From the NCBI GenBank assembly GCA_951406725.2, contig OX597820.1, forward strand, positions 126,976,001-127,040,000: DNA of 64,000 bases, given 5' to 3'. The stretch comes from Octopus vulgaris. Lineage: Eukaryota. The position numbers were made by a program, and so were the translations under genes. This document shows, piece by piece, positions 25,186 through 39,033 of the stretch. The notes below the pieces were generated by a model that was given only the letters and a program-made list of their open reading frames with translations, did no database searches and was not told where the DNA came from. Numbering within the stretch: the first letter of the stretch is position 1; every line of letters starts with the position of its first letter.

Positions 25186-26040
25186 AAGTTAAGTTAAGTT
25201 AATTTTTGGCTCAAAAAGCAAAAAGCAAGGCCATGTAAGGGGACATGGAGTTATGTACAGGGTGGTGTTCATTCAAAGAGTTCAGGCTATTTGTGGTCAA
25301 GGGAGACTTTGAACTGAGCGGTCGTCGGCATCTTCACTATCTCGTCCGGCAGCTTATTCCACGGATCTGCAACCCGGACGGAGAAAGCCCCTCTCTTTCG
25401 ATTGAGATGAAATCGTCGCAGATAGAGCTTTTCGGAGTGACCCCGCAGCCGACGTTCTGGAGCAGGAGTGAAGAACAGCTCTTTCGAGAGGTTACACTTT
25501 CCGCTTATGATGTTGTGAGCGAGAATGGAATCACCATGGCGTCGTCGTTTTTCTAGAGAATAAAGGTCGAACGTCTTCAGCCTTTCTTCATAAGACAAAT
25601 ACTTGAGACCAAGAACCATGGGGGTAGCCAGCATCTGGACTCTTTCGAGATGATGTATGTCTTTGAGGAGATAAGGAGAAGAGGCTTGAATCCCGTACTC
25701 CAATATGGGTCTCACCAGCGTGACATAGAGCTGTAGTCATTTATGAAGACTAAGAACAATAAGGGCCCAATCACTGAACCTTGAGGCACGCCACTGCTCG
25801 CACTGGAGACGTCGGACAGCGAACCATTAACTTGGACTTGGAAGGAGCGATCTGAGAGGAAGGCACCAACCCATCGTACAATATCCGGATGGAAACTATA
25901 TGCTTGAAGCTTGACAAGTATTAGGCGGTGGTTTACCGAGTCAAAAGCTTTGGCAAAGTCCAATAAAACGATGTCAACAGCATCACCATCATCGAGGATG
26001 CGCGTCACCAATTCTTCCATTACCAGTAAGTTGGTCAAGC
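25186..26040 (-). mobile_element. 5'-truncated CR1-clade LINE with internal RT deletion
   Basis: LDFAKAFDSVNH, SGVPQGSVIGPLLFLVFIND, LVRPILEY, LERVQ, LRGH..FSVRV..WNKLP. (TTAAC)n tail. Confidence 0.92.
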
Positions 26041-26054
26041 ATAATCCATTCTAT

Positions 26055-26490
26055 TATAAGCACAGGGTTGAAATTTGGTGGGAGGAGGCAAGTCGATTAC
26101 ATCGACATCAGTGCGTAACTGGTACTTATTTCATCGACCCCGAAAGGATGAAAGGCAAGATCGACCTCGGCGGAATTTGAACTCAGAACGTAAGGACGAA
26201 CGAAATGCCGCTAAGCATTTTGCCGACGTGCTTAACGATTTTGCCAAAGCACCGCCTTAATAACAACAACAGCAATAAAAATAATAGTTATAGTAATAAT
26301 AATTTCGAGTGAGATTTGGGGGAAGGGGACTAGTCGATTATATCGACCCCATTGTTCAACTGGTACTTATTTTATCGACTCCGAAAGGATGAAAAGCAAA
26401 GCAGAATTTGAACTCAAAACGTGAAGTCGACAAAATGCCGCTCATCATTTTTCCCGGTGCGCTAACGATTCTGCCAGCTAGCAGCCTGGA
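26055..26490 (-). mobile_element. Two SINE family B copies
   Basis: tcgaccccgaaaggatgaaaggc core. A third copy lies at 26893-27075. Confidence 0.8.
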
Positions 26491-26494
26491 AGCT

Positions 26495-26770
26495 TAGTAC
26501 TATGATAATACCAGTAGTGATTGGTGTTTTGGGAATGATAAAGAAGGGAGCTGAGAAGTACATTAAGCAACTCACTAGTAGTAACACCAATCTCCGTGAA
26601 CTACAAAAGATAACCTTGATGGGTACAGCCCTTGTATACTAGGGAAAGCACTCTCCATCTAAAATGGAATAAATGTGGAGATAATTTTAGCATGAATAAC
26701 AAAACAAAAGTGCCCTTGCTAGTCTTGGCCTCCAGAGGATGTCAAGAGTAGCAAGGCAGCTGAAATAAAG
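26495..26770 (+). mobile_element. 3' end of an R4/Dong-like (restriction-like endonuclease) non-LTR retrotransposon
   Basis: IIPVVIGVLGMIKKG..ELQKITLMGTA..ALSI* matches the IPVVIGALG..QKxxLLGTAxILR terminus. Confidence 0.75.
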
Positions 26771-27713
26771 TCATAATGAAAGCAAACCATAAATGATAAA
26801 TGAGAAGAAGAAGAAGAAGAAGAAGAAGAAGAAGAAGAAGAAGAAGAAGAAGAAGAAGAAGAAGAAGAAGAAGAAGAAGAAGAAGAAGAAGAATTTGGGT
26901 GGGGGAATAAGTCGATTACATCAACCCCAGTGTTCAACTGGTACTTGATTTATCGACCCCGAAAAGGAAAGGCAAAGTCAACCTCGGCGGAATTTGAACT
27001 AGAACGTGAAAACGGACGAAATATTGCTAAGCATTTTGCCCAATGCGCTAACAATTTTGCCAACTCGCCACCTTATTTTCCGCAACAAATTAGTATGAGG
27101 GAGTCATTCCAGTGAATAGCTTCAAAGGTCTCTAAGAGTTTATTAAGAAATCAGCTGAAACAAAAAAAGATGAAATATATAGAATACACAGTAAGATAAT
27201 ATAGACCTCTGAGAAGAGAACACCACTTAGGGCCAATTAAGGAACACCAGAAATCCTTGATCAGAGATTCGCTATATGAGCAAATACTCTCTCCCAACTC
27301 TCATTCTCCGACCTACATGTATATGCTGAGTGTAAATATATTCGCAGCGCCATGCTTAAAAAGTTTTACGAGCTACCTTTGATCAAAGACGTTACATTCA
27401 TAACCTACCTGTGTTTTTTCAGACTGCGTTACCTAATGGAACTTCTTTTGCTTTTGTTAACCCTGTCACTCTGTATTCCCGCTGTAGTGGGAATCGGTTA
27501 AACATCATCTCTGCTGGATTCCCAATAAAGCAGTAATAAAAAAAAAACATAGAAAAAGAGGCAGCAGATTCTGTCTTTTAGTTTACCTGCAATCATTACT
27601 CTTGAGCTGTATATGCAGCTATTTATTTTTGGCTCAGGTGCCCAGGTGGAAACAAAAGTTAGACACAGGGGCCCAGATCTGAAAAGGCCAAGACAGAGGG
27701 GCAGATTGAAGTA

Positions 27714-28569
27714 GCTTGCCAAAGGTTTTCCATCGAATTCCAGTTTGAAGGCTGTCTTCTTTAATTGCGAATTCTTTGATGATTCTATCTTTTATATTAA
27801 TTGTGAATTCTTAAAGAGCTTTGGTAAAGGAGGATGTAACTGCGTGGACGATCGGGTAGTCGCGACTGTTACCAACTATATCGGTTTCAAATTTTGGCTC
27901 AAGAGCAGTAAGTTCGGGAAGATGATAAGTCAATTACATCGACCCCGGTGCGCAACTGGTGCTTATATTATCGACCTTCGAAAGGATGAAAGGCAAAGTC
28001 GACCTCTGCGGAGTTTGAACTCAGAACGCAAAGACGGACGAAATGCCAATTTTGCAGATCAAATGACCGCAAAGACGCAGGATCGCAAGAGGCAGTCATT
28101 GTTTTTGTAGCGGTCGAGATCGGTGTAAGGTATCATACATATTTACGACGACGAAATATTGTTATTTCTGTTAGTTTCTGGTAAGGTGCAGTGACATAGT
28201 TGGTAACAGTAAGGAGGTGAGCCGGCGGAATTGTTGGCATTTCGTCCGTCTTTACGTTCTGAGTTCAAACTCCGCAGATCTCGACTTTGCCTTTCATCCT
28301 TTCGAAGGTCGATAATATAAGCACCAGTTGCGCACCGGGGTCGATGTAATTGACTTATCACCTTCCCGAACTTACTGGTCTTGAGCCAAAATTTGAAACC
28401 GATATAGTTGGTAACAGTCGTAACTACCCGATCGTCCACGCAGTTACATCTTCCTTTACCAAAGCTCTTTAAGAATTCACAATTAATATAAAAGATAGAA
28501 TCATCAAAGAATTCGCAATTAAAGAAGACAGCCTTCAAACTGGAATTCGATGGATAACCATTGGCAAGC
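27714..28569. repeat. Inverted duplication (336-bp arms, 184-bp spacer)
   Basis: 27714-28049 is the reverse complement of 28234-28569 with scattered mismatches. Mirrored ORFs in the track. Confidence 0.93.
28211..28403 (+). mobile_element. SINE family B with 15-bp TSD
   Basis: TSD atagttggtaacagt at 28196-28210 and 28404-28418. Confidence 0.85.
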
Positions 28570-29090
28570 ACGTGCAGTTGTTGCATGGTGAGATTTAACG
28601 TTAATTACGCGAAATACCCGGAAAAATAAAAGAGAAAGCGGGGGGGAGATGGGGTCTTTTTCTAATAATTTCTCTTACATACACTTATACCCTCTCATTA
28701 TCTCCACCTCTATTTAGTTATCTATCTAATTGATATTCCATAAGATCACTGATTTTACTGGTTTTCAATCAGGCATCCGAAGATTGATTGCCAACCTGAG
28801 GATTAGTAATTAAATATACTATCAGTTATCACTAATGGATTTTTTCCGAACCATTCATTTGAAGAAGAAATTAACAAATATTTTTTCTTTTTTTTTTTTC
28901 ATTATTTTATTTTTATGTAATTTTTTTCTCTGCATTTAGACGTTTAAATGTGTCATCTACTTAGTAAGGACTTGGTCTGATGAGATCGGTCTCCCATTAC
29001 CGAATATATATATATATATATATATATATGCATGTGTGTGTGTGTATGGATGGATGGATGCATTGATGAATGTATATGTGTGTATGTATG

Positions 29091-29134
<44 letters not shown>

Positions 29135-29217
29135 ATAATATATACATACACGTACATATATGCATATATACATACATACACACACACACACACACATATA
29201 TATATACATATATATAC

Positions 29218-29249
<32 letters not shown>

Positions 29250-29287
29250 ATATCTATACTTATACATATACATACATACATATATTT

Positions 29288-29358
<71 letters not shown>

Positions 29359-29516
29359 CATTATATTTGGGAGAAACTAAATAAAAGAACGAAAGCCAAA
29401 AAGATGTTTGCCTCTGCGTAATCTGGTTAATTTTATTTGGACATGTTTCATCCAACTCTTTATAATCATCTTTATGCAAGAACAACAGCATTGTTATTAT
29501 GAGATGTTTTATTTGC

Positions 29517-29580
<64 letters not shown>

Positions 29581-29767
29581 TTGATGGTTGTTTTATTTTT
29601 GTCTTTTAAATTGTTCGCTTTTCGACATTGTTTCTCTTCCCACAGCAGTTACCATTGAGTGGATGGTATTAGACACAGAAATGGGGAAGCGAAACGGTCG
29701 GCCTCTCTTAGATTGGCCTCTCTTCGTATTTAATATCACTTTTACATTTGTTTATTGGTTTGCATGC

Positions 29768-29798
<31 letters not shown>

Positions 29799-30006
29799 GA
29801 TGATGATGATGACGACGATGACGATGACGATGATGATTTTACTACTGTTGTAACTGCTGCTGTTGCTGATGTCGTTCCTGCTGTGGTTGTTTGATATTGG
29901 ATGCTGTGAAGGCGGCTGTTCGTTCGTTCTTACAAATCCACCTCGTCTCATCCTCACTGCGTTAAGAGTTTAGTCACCTATTAAATATAACAATAACTTG
30001 GTCTGT

Positions 30007-30112
<106 letters not shown>

Positions 30113-30735
30113 CAAGTACACGTTCGGTTTACTTGTCCAGCATTAAATACTCACACTTTGGCTCATCTCATCTCGCTTGTTTTCTACAAGTAGTCACGTG
30201 ATGGCGTATACATCGATCTAGTCCTTCTAGCTTCACGCAACCTATCCACCCCCATCATGTGATAGACCAGGCGAGGGGAAAATTGCGTTTTTTCACTGGA
30301 GCCCACCATGAGCTTTATAAAGTGAAATCTTCCCACCGTTCTTTACTGTGATGGGAAGACGCGATCGAGTTCGGATCTCGATCTTGGCAGAGTGGAAGTT
30401 TATTCCGCAGGGAGTTTTCTATGCCTGTGCCTCTCTTCGTCTGTGCCTCTCTTCGTCTGTGCCTCTCTTCCAGCGTAAGGAATATCTCGCATTTGTTTTC
30501 CTCTTCTACACTGCATTACATCACCGTATACCAACAACATGGGAAACCATGTGTATTTTTTCTGACAGTATCATTCAAGATGTATTTCCAACAACTTTGC
30601 CGTGTTGATGCTCTTTAACAGGTCGAATAAATCGACACATTTAATCCACATGGTTTTCTCTTTATTCCTTTATCTATACACACGTATACTGGAATTCAAA
30701 ACACCTTAATTCATATACATACGTACGTAAATACA

Positions 30736-31115
<380 letters not shown>

Positions 31116-31259
31116 AACACCTTTCTTTTCCTTTGGTCTGTCGCACAGACCAGACGCATTCTTATCTGTCTCCTATCTTTTCTTTTGCCAAAGAATATTC
31201 CTCCAGCGTTCGCCAACTTACCTCGTCTGCCCTAACAGCCCTCCATGTTTGTTTTCGTT

Positions 31260-31575
31260 TGTTTTCGTTTGGCTCGTTATATGTCTCCACTGTCCTGCTT
31301 TTGTTACGTTGACCCTCCCCGAATCCCAAATATTATTTTGGTTCACTGGAGCAATTGTTTTTCGAAGCCTCATATTGTCGTTAATTGCTCGGAATGTGGA
31401 GTAGATGAACAGCAGACAACTGATGAAGGGTCGTTCTTTATGTTACTTGTCTTCTTTTCCATTTGTTTCTTTTGTTGTTCGTACAACCAATTTACCTTCG
31501 TATCTTATGTTATTTTTGTATTTCGTAATTTATGTTGTTTACGTTTTGTGACGTCCTCTACCCGTACATATATGT
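31260..31575 (+). repeat. (TA)n-adjacent pseudo-LTR-like repeat; diverged relative at 36105-36400 (-)
   Basis: Shared ctgtcctg.ttttgttac, gagtagatgaa..gactg(a/g)(t/a)gaaggg and gtcct(c/g)taccc. Confidence 0.55.
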
Positions 31576-31584
31576 ATGTATATA

Positions 31585-31633
<49 letters not shown>

Positions 31634-31637
<4 letters not shown>

Positions 31638-31730
31638 AAATAAGCAACGGGATATCCAAAGACAGTACAGTACAATCGTTTCTGCGACTTCATTTGATTA
31701 TCTTTGGATATCCTTATTGCTTATTTTGAT
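31634..31730. repeat. Hairpin (about 30-bp arms) abutting (TA)n
   Basis: atcaaaataagcaa..gatatccaaaga / tctttggatatc..ttgcttattttgat. Confidence 0.8.
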
Positions 31731-31831
31731 TATAATCACCTCATTTTGTTTTATATGGATAATACCATACCAAATTCTGGTGCCTTTAACTTAAATACCG
31801 TATTCAACTGAATCTAAATTTTTACTGAACT

Positions 31832-31866
<35 letters not shown>

Positions 31867-31894
31867 ATACATACATATATACATATATATTATA

Positions 31895-32298
31895 CAGGAG
31901 TGGCTGTGTGGTAAGTAGCTTGCTAACCAACCACATGGTTCCGGGTTCAATCCCACTGCGTGGCATCTTGGGCAAGTGTCTTCTGCTATAGCCCCGGGCC
32001 GACCAATGCCTTGTGAGTGGATTTGGTAGACGGAAACTGAAATAAGCCTGTCGTATATATGTATATATATATATGTATGTGTGTGTGTTTGTGTGTCTGT
32101 GTTTGTCCCCCTAGCATTGCTGACAACCGATGCTGGTGTGTTTGCGTCCCCGTCACTTAGCGGTTCGGCAAAGAGAGACCGATAGAATAAGTACTGGGTT
32201 TACAAAAAGAATAAGTCCCGGGGTCGAGTTGCTCGACTAGAGGCGGTGCTCCAGCATGGCCGCAGTCAAATGACTGAAACAAGTAAAAGAGTAAAGAG
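31895..32298 (+). mobile_element. SINE family A, full length
   Basis: Head, internal microsatellite and tail all present. Confidence 0.9.
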
Positions 32299-32360
32299 AG
32301 ATTATATGATTGAACGCTACGCATCTATTTCCAAGTAAGTTTATATATATATATATATAT

Positions 32361-32495
32361 ATTCTAAACGATTGATACGGAAGAGAGAGTGTGTTGGAAA
32401 CTTTATTGATCACTACGATCGTTTCGGCGGCGGACGATTGTTGTGATAAATGAAGTTTCCAATACACTCTGTCTTCCGTATCAATCGTTTAGAAT
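32361..32495. repeat. Hairpin (43-bp arms) abutting (TA)n
   Basis: 32361-32403 pairs with 32453-32495 with two mismatches. Confidence 0.85.
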
Positions 32496-32697
32496 GTAAT
32501 CTTCGATTCCCGAGGAATTCCTAACGTAGATCCAACGACCAAACTCCATTCACCGCGGATGACGTCTGGTAGCCGTAAGTGGTGAACGAGCTCAGCCGAC
32601 ACAATACTAGGAACAAACCCAAAATAAGGTTTCGATGCTAAATTTCAAATTTTCGTATCTCAACTTTAATTTGAATTATTACACACACACATATGTT

Positions 32698-32759
<62 letters not shown>

Positions 32760-32956
32760 GACATAGAACTTGGAAACATATAATGAAAACTGCTTTTCTT
32801 TCCGTAGTCTCTATGAAACAACGGTTAGTAGCTACTCACTCCCAAATTTAGACATGAGCTAAATAAGTTTCAGTCAGAGCCTCACAATCCTCCAAGGATC
32901 TTGAAATAATTTTAGGGTTTATGTGTCTTCAGTTTTATGAAACTTTCTGCGACACA

Positions 32957-34206
32957 CAGGGTGCGATGGGTAAATGGTCGCCATTTCATATTTTTAATTT
33001 CGCGCATGCGCATTGTTTGTTTTTGATTTTGTCGATTACACAGTATAGCAGTATAGTAGGGTCAGTTGGTCCCCATCTGTGAGAAAAACAGCACCATGAC
33101 GCAATTCACTCTGCAAGAAATCTGGAAAGGACATGCTGTACTTCTTGGCATTCGCGTCAGAAGCTCCAATACGAACATTTCAGCGTGTTTTGGTCAATCT
33201 GAGGACAGCGCAGAGTATTCGGAAGGAGTTGAATGAGTTTTATGGTGATTACGAAAATACGGCAGCTGAGAAACTCACTCTGATTTTTCTGATAAGAAAA
33301 GAATTCCTGAATTTGTTGGTCATGATTGACAACAACCTCTCCGAGTCAATCAGGTCCATCGCCAGGGCCATTGGAGTGTCTGAGTTTCTTATCAGGCAGG
33401 TAATGCATGATGACATTCGGTATTCCTCATACAAGATGAGAAACGGGCTAACTTTTATCGAGGACAAGAGGAAATATCACACTACGAAGCTTTGAACAAA
33501 CTTAAGCATCCCCTCCAACCGGACATGCTTTGGTTTTTCTCAGACGGGAAAAATTTCTGCCAGGATCAAATGGTGAACACGGAAAAACTGTTGGTTTGCC
33601 GTGTTCCCAAAACATGTACTGAGAGTCAACATCATGGTGTTTGGAGTGATCACGTTATGCTTCCATTCATCTTCCCACACGGCCTCAGACTCAACACGGA
33701 GGCCTACATGAAGTGCCTTGAGGAGGTAGTGCTGCCCTGGGTCAAGATGGTGGCTGCTGCAAAACCTTATGTCTGGCAACAGGACTCTGCACCATGTCAC
33801 ACAAGCAGGAGAACCCAGTCATAGGTGTCAGACAACTTCTGCGACTACATCACCCTAATATCTGGTCACCTAACTCCCTGGACTGTAATCCCCTTGATTA
33901 GTATGTCTGGAGCGCAGTTGAGCGAGAGACCAACAAAACTCCTTGTAACACCAAAGATGAACTGAAGGCAAGGATTAGGGCAGCATTGACCAACTTAAAC
34001 AAGGAGACTGTCCAGAAGAGTTGCAGGAGATTCCGAAGTCACCAGGAGGCCATGGTTGAAGCAAATGCGCTTTTACAGAATACATTTTTATTGAATATAT
34101 ATTTCAAGATACTTTTTTATGTAATTTTGGTAAATATATCAGTTAAAATGAGATGTCAGCGTTATTTTCATTTTTGCATAATTTAGACGTAATTCACTGC
34201 AGCCTG
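32957..34206 (+). mobile_element. maT (DD37D) Tc1/mariner transposon, decayed
   Basis: FFSDGKNF, VWQQDSAPCH, W.PNS.DCNPLD. 37 residues between the 2nd and 3rd Asp after correcting one frameshift and one stop. Degenerate cagg..cctg|TA ends. Confidence 0.85.
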
Positions 34207-34679
34207 TATGTGTATGTACGTACGTACGTACGTACGTACGTATGTATGTATGTATATATATATATATATACACACACACACAGAGGATAATATCAGGAAA
34301 TATGGCATACTTAGAATAATTATGTAACTTTTATCAAATACGTTTATCTTTGTGCTTATTACAAGATGATGAATTGAACTCTAATTTTCAAACGAAATTT
34401 TTTGTCACTTCCTTAAAATGAAAAAAAATATATATTTTTTCATTTCTATATTTGCAATAAATATTTTGCTATTATTTTTCAAAATTTCATTAGCTTAATT
34501 GCAATCAACTCACTCGAAATCCTTAGAACAAAATTTCATTAAAATATGTATATTTTTCAGTAAGAAATAAGACACTCAGTCTACACTTCATAAATTAACT
34601 CTTTCTGTCTCTGTTTTACTCTCTCTCTCTCCCCCTCTTTCTGTATCTCTCTCTCTCTCTTTCTCTCTCTCTCTCCTTC

Positions 34680-34901
34680 TTTCTCTTACTCTCCATTTTT
34701 TCTTTTACTTATTTCAGTCACTTGACTCCGGCCATGCTGGAGTACCGCCTTTTGGTCGAAGAAATCGACTATCGGACTTATTCTTTGTAAGCCTGTTACT
34801 TATTCTATCGGTCACTCTTGCCGAACAGCTAGATTACAAGGACGTAAACACACCAGCATCGGTTGTCAAGCAATGCTAGGGGGACAAACACAAACACAAA
34901 C

Positions 34902-34932
<31 letters not shown>

Positions 34933-35096
34933 ATATATAAGACGGGCTTCTTTCAGTTTCCGTCTAGCAAATCCACTTACAAAGCTTTGGTCGGCCCGGG
35001 GCTCTAGTAGAAAACATTTGCCCAAGGTGCCACGCAGTGGGACTGAACCCCAAACCACGCAATTGTGAAGCAAGTTTCTTACCACACAGCCACGTC
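34680..35096 (-). mobile_element. SINE family A
   Basis: Matches the other family A copies. Confidence 0.85.
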
Positions 35097-35648
35097 CTCT
35101 TTCTAAGAAATGTAGTGTGACTGGAGAAATCACTCAACTAACCAATCAACCAACATTTACAACCCTAACCCTAACCCCACGTGACCGGTGTTAGCTCAAG
35201 CCTGACCTTTCTTTCTTGGTTCGACTACCATCCGTGCAACATCTATATTCCTCCCCATGCCTGTCAACTCTTATGTCCCTGCTGTAAGGCTTTACTTTCA
35301 CACACGCCCGCTTAATTTAATTCGTCCTTAGTCGAAAGATGCCTGTTGTTATGTCCTGTTACTTGCATTTGTATTTGTGTAACATTTCTCTGGGTTTTTT
35401 CGTCCTTGTTTTCGTATACATTCGCTGCTTTCTTCCAAGGAATCTAATGCTCTGAGGTTAGTTTTTCCTTGGGGCTGGCCAGATTGGAGCAATCTCGAAT
35501 ATAACCAGTCGAAATTGCAAAGATAATCTGGAACTCAACTGAGGAAAGAAAACTTCGAATGACCCGTCCGTTTTTTTACTTGTCTCTCTTTTGTATCATC
35601 TGTCTGGATGTTTTTTGTATTCCTGGCGGTACGTACACTTTACTCTTT

Positions 35649-35980
<332 letters not shown>

Positions 35981-37074
35981 AAGAACAATCTTACTTAGAA
36001 ATGGATGCGTGCGTTCCGTCATATAATAAATTAATAAATAAAACATATGCATATATACATACATATATGTACGTACCTACCTCTACATGTATATATACAT
36101 GCATATATGGGTACAGGACACCAAAAAAACGTCGAACACAATGAGAAACGAAAACATAAACACAAAAACCAAGGAACTGGACATTTTTCTTGAACAACGA
36201 AAACATGGAGTACAGGACAAATAACACAAGGAAAATTCCCCTTCTCCAGTCGCCATGGTTTCATCTACTCTGCGTTTCGAAGGTGAAGGCGATACGCATC
36301 TTTGATAGAAACTTTCCTTCCCGCGAAAAGCAAATTAAATAAAATTTGAGATCTTTTTGCGGAGGGGTAAAAATGGTAACAAAAACAGGACAGTAACGAC
36401 ATATATATATATATATATATAGGATGTGTTATAATACTTATTCCACATATACAACAAGTCACACCAACAGTCCAATATACTTCCATCATCAGCTGCATTA
36501 CACATACATATGTATATACATTTTACATACATGTGTGTGTGCGTATGAGAGGGTTCTTTCCGTTTCCGTCTACCAAATCCATGACAAGGCTCTAGTCACT
36601 TCGAAACTACACAAATGGGATTGAGCACAAGGCTACGTGGTCAGGAAGCAAGTTTCTTAGCCATACTGCACCCCGCCCCGCTCCCACACTTATATTAAGA
36701 GAGAAAAAAAACATTGATATGAATTTGGTTTTCTTTCATTATATCTATTACATATGTTTCTGTATTGGTCATTAATTCATGGTGTCACACTACAAGTACA
36801 ATGTTTACATGCAATCTATATGTGTGGTATGCATAACCAAGCCGAACACGTCTTCGGACTGAGTCGAAATACGGATCACGAATGTGCAGTCGTTTTATAT
36901 GGACACCCGAGAGATGCAAGCCCCGCTATTACTGGTCCGGTATATCTCGTGCATTTATGTATATAAGATGAATACATGCAGAGGCTGTTCGGACTAAATT
37001 TGATTGTTTTTTATGTCTTCTTTCTACAGGAACAGCTTCATGTTTTGGTGAACAGCCAACAACGTTGGAGAGCA

Positions 37075-37300
37075 TCTCTCTATGTATAAACGGCAAAATG
37101 TCTGTCTGTGTGTGTGTCCTTTATACAAATCCACATTTTTTCAGTTAAAGGGCTCGCACTTTCTATGGTCATTTAAAACCATACAAGGGTGGTCGTGCAC
37201 ATCTTTACATTTCCCCAGTTACCCCGCAAAGCCATTAAAAAATCAATAGAAGTGACTTTTTTGTGAATGTTCAATCCAAAACCCGATCAAAATGCCGGGT
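37075..37300 (+). mobile_element. Probable Helitron 5' end
   Basis: A|TCtctctatgtataaacggc followed by (gtct)n/(gt)n, typical of non-autonomous Helitron 5' ends. Confidence 0.5.
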
Positions 37301-37419
37301 CATAGTAAATATTAAAGTTGTAGGTGAGTAAAAGTTAGCTGATATTAAGGACTTGAGTTACCTGCATCAAGGAAGTAAAACGTGGCATGGACAGCTGCAA
37401 CGGAGACTAGGAAACCGTA

Positions 37420-38055
37420 GCCAGTCGATTTTGGGTATGTTTGCAGTGCGGGTGCGGGTGACGTTATGCTGCTCCACAGGACCTTAGCCTCCACAAGGCC
37501 TTAGACTCAATTCCGACGGCTATGTGTAGCTGCTAGAGATTGTGGTCTAACTCTTATTGGAGGGAATTGCTGCTGGAGGGCTATATGTGTGGCAACAGGG
37601 TTTGGTTCCTTACCAATAACTCCGGAAAGTGTCAGATGTGGCTGTCAGACAATATTCCCGAATATTCCCGATTTCACTGGCCCCAATTTCTGGCCTTCAA
37701 ATTACCCCGATTGTAACCCCATGCATTACTATGCGTGGGGTGCGATTGGAAAAGATACAAAACCGCTCTGCCTGCAATGCCGAGGCCGAGCTAGTGGCCA
37801 AATCAAAGTATTCGAAGATCTTCCTAGGAACACAGTGAAGGACAAAGTGCTGGGTTCCGGAGCCGTCTTAAGGCCGTTGTGAAAACTGAGGGCGGCTACT
37901 CCGAGTAAACTGTTAATTCCCAGCCATAACGTGGCTGAATTTTAAAAAATTAAAAAAAATTTTTTTGATTTTTTAAAAATACTTTTATTTTTTAGATAGG
38001 ATATGTTTTTTTTTTTCCTTTTGCGCGAACAGTCAAACTTAACCCGAACACCCTG
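37420..38055 (+). mobile_element. Second maT-like transposase 3' fragment
   Basis: NFWPSNYPDCNPMHYYAWG. Right end gtcaaacttaacccgaacaccctg. Confidence 0.7.
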
Positions 38056-38111
38056 TGTTTGTGCTAACACCCCCCCCCCCACCAGACCCCCCACCCCACC
38101 ACCATCACTAA

Positions 38112-38147
<36 letters not shown>

Positions 38148-38559
38148 AGCGACGATGTGTGAATGCTGTCAGGGGTAAACGCCTGGATTATCTGATCCCT
38201 TCTCAGCTGTTTTACTCTTCGCATATTTTAAGCATTCTTACAACATTTTTCAATTTACGGTTTTCACACATTTTTTTTTTTTTTGGGGGGTTTTTGTTTT
38301 TTTAAGCTAAAAAAAAACGGCCCTTAAAGAATGCAGTGACGCCCAATTTACTGGAAACTTATATGGGGAAAATAATGTATTTAAGTTTAGTAAATATAAA
38401 TACGCCCTAGAAATTATTTTTATTTCGGCAAAATATTTAAAATTCGACCTTTTTTAATTAACTGAATAAAAATTTTACTGAAATGATACAAAATTAACGG
38501 AATGGATTTGTAATCGAGCGCGAGGGCAGAGCGAGGGGTAGAGAGAAAGACAAAGCAGA

Positions 38560-39032
<473 letters not shown>

Positions 39033-39033
<1 letters not shown>

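Noticed and set aside
29742-29957. Low-complexity ORF / UTR-like trinucleotide region
   Set aside because: Composed of GTT/GAT/GCT repeats, with no domain or splice support.
31390-31445. CTGATGA core (also 28796, 35530 and 36485)
   Set aside because: No properly placed stem II plus GAAA-UH; not called as ribozymes.
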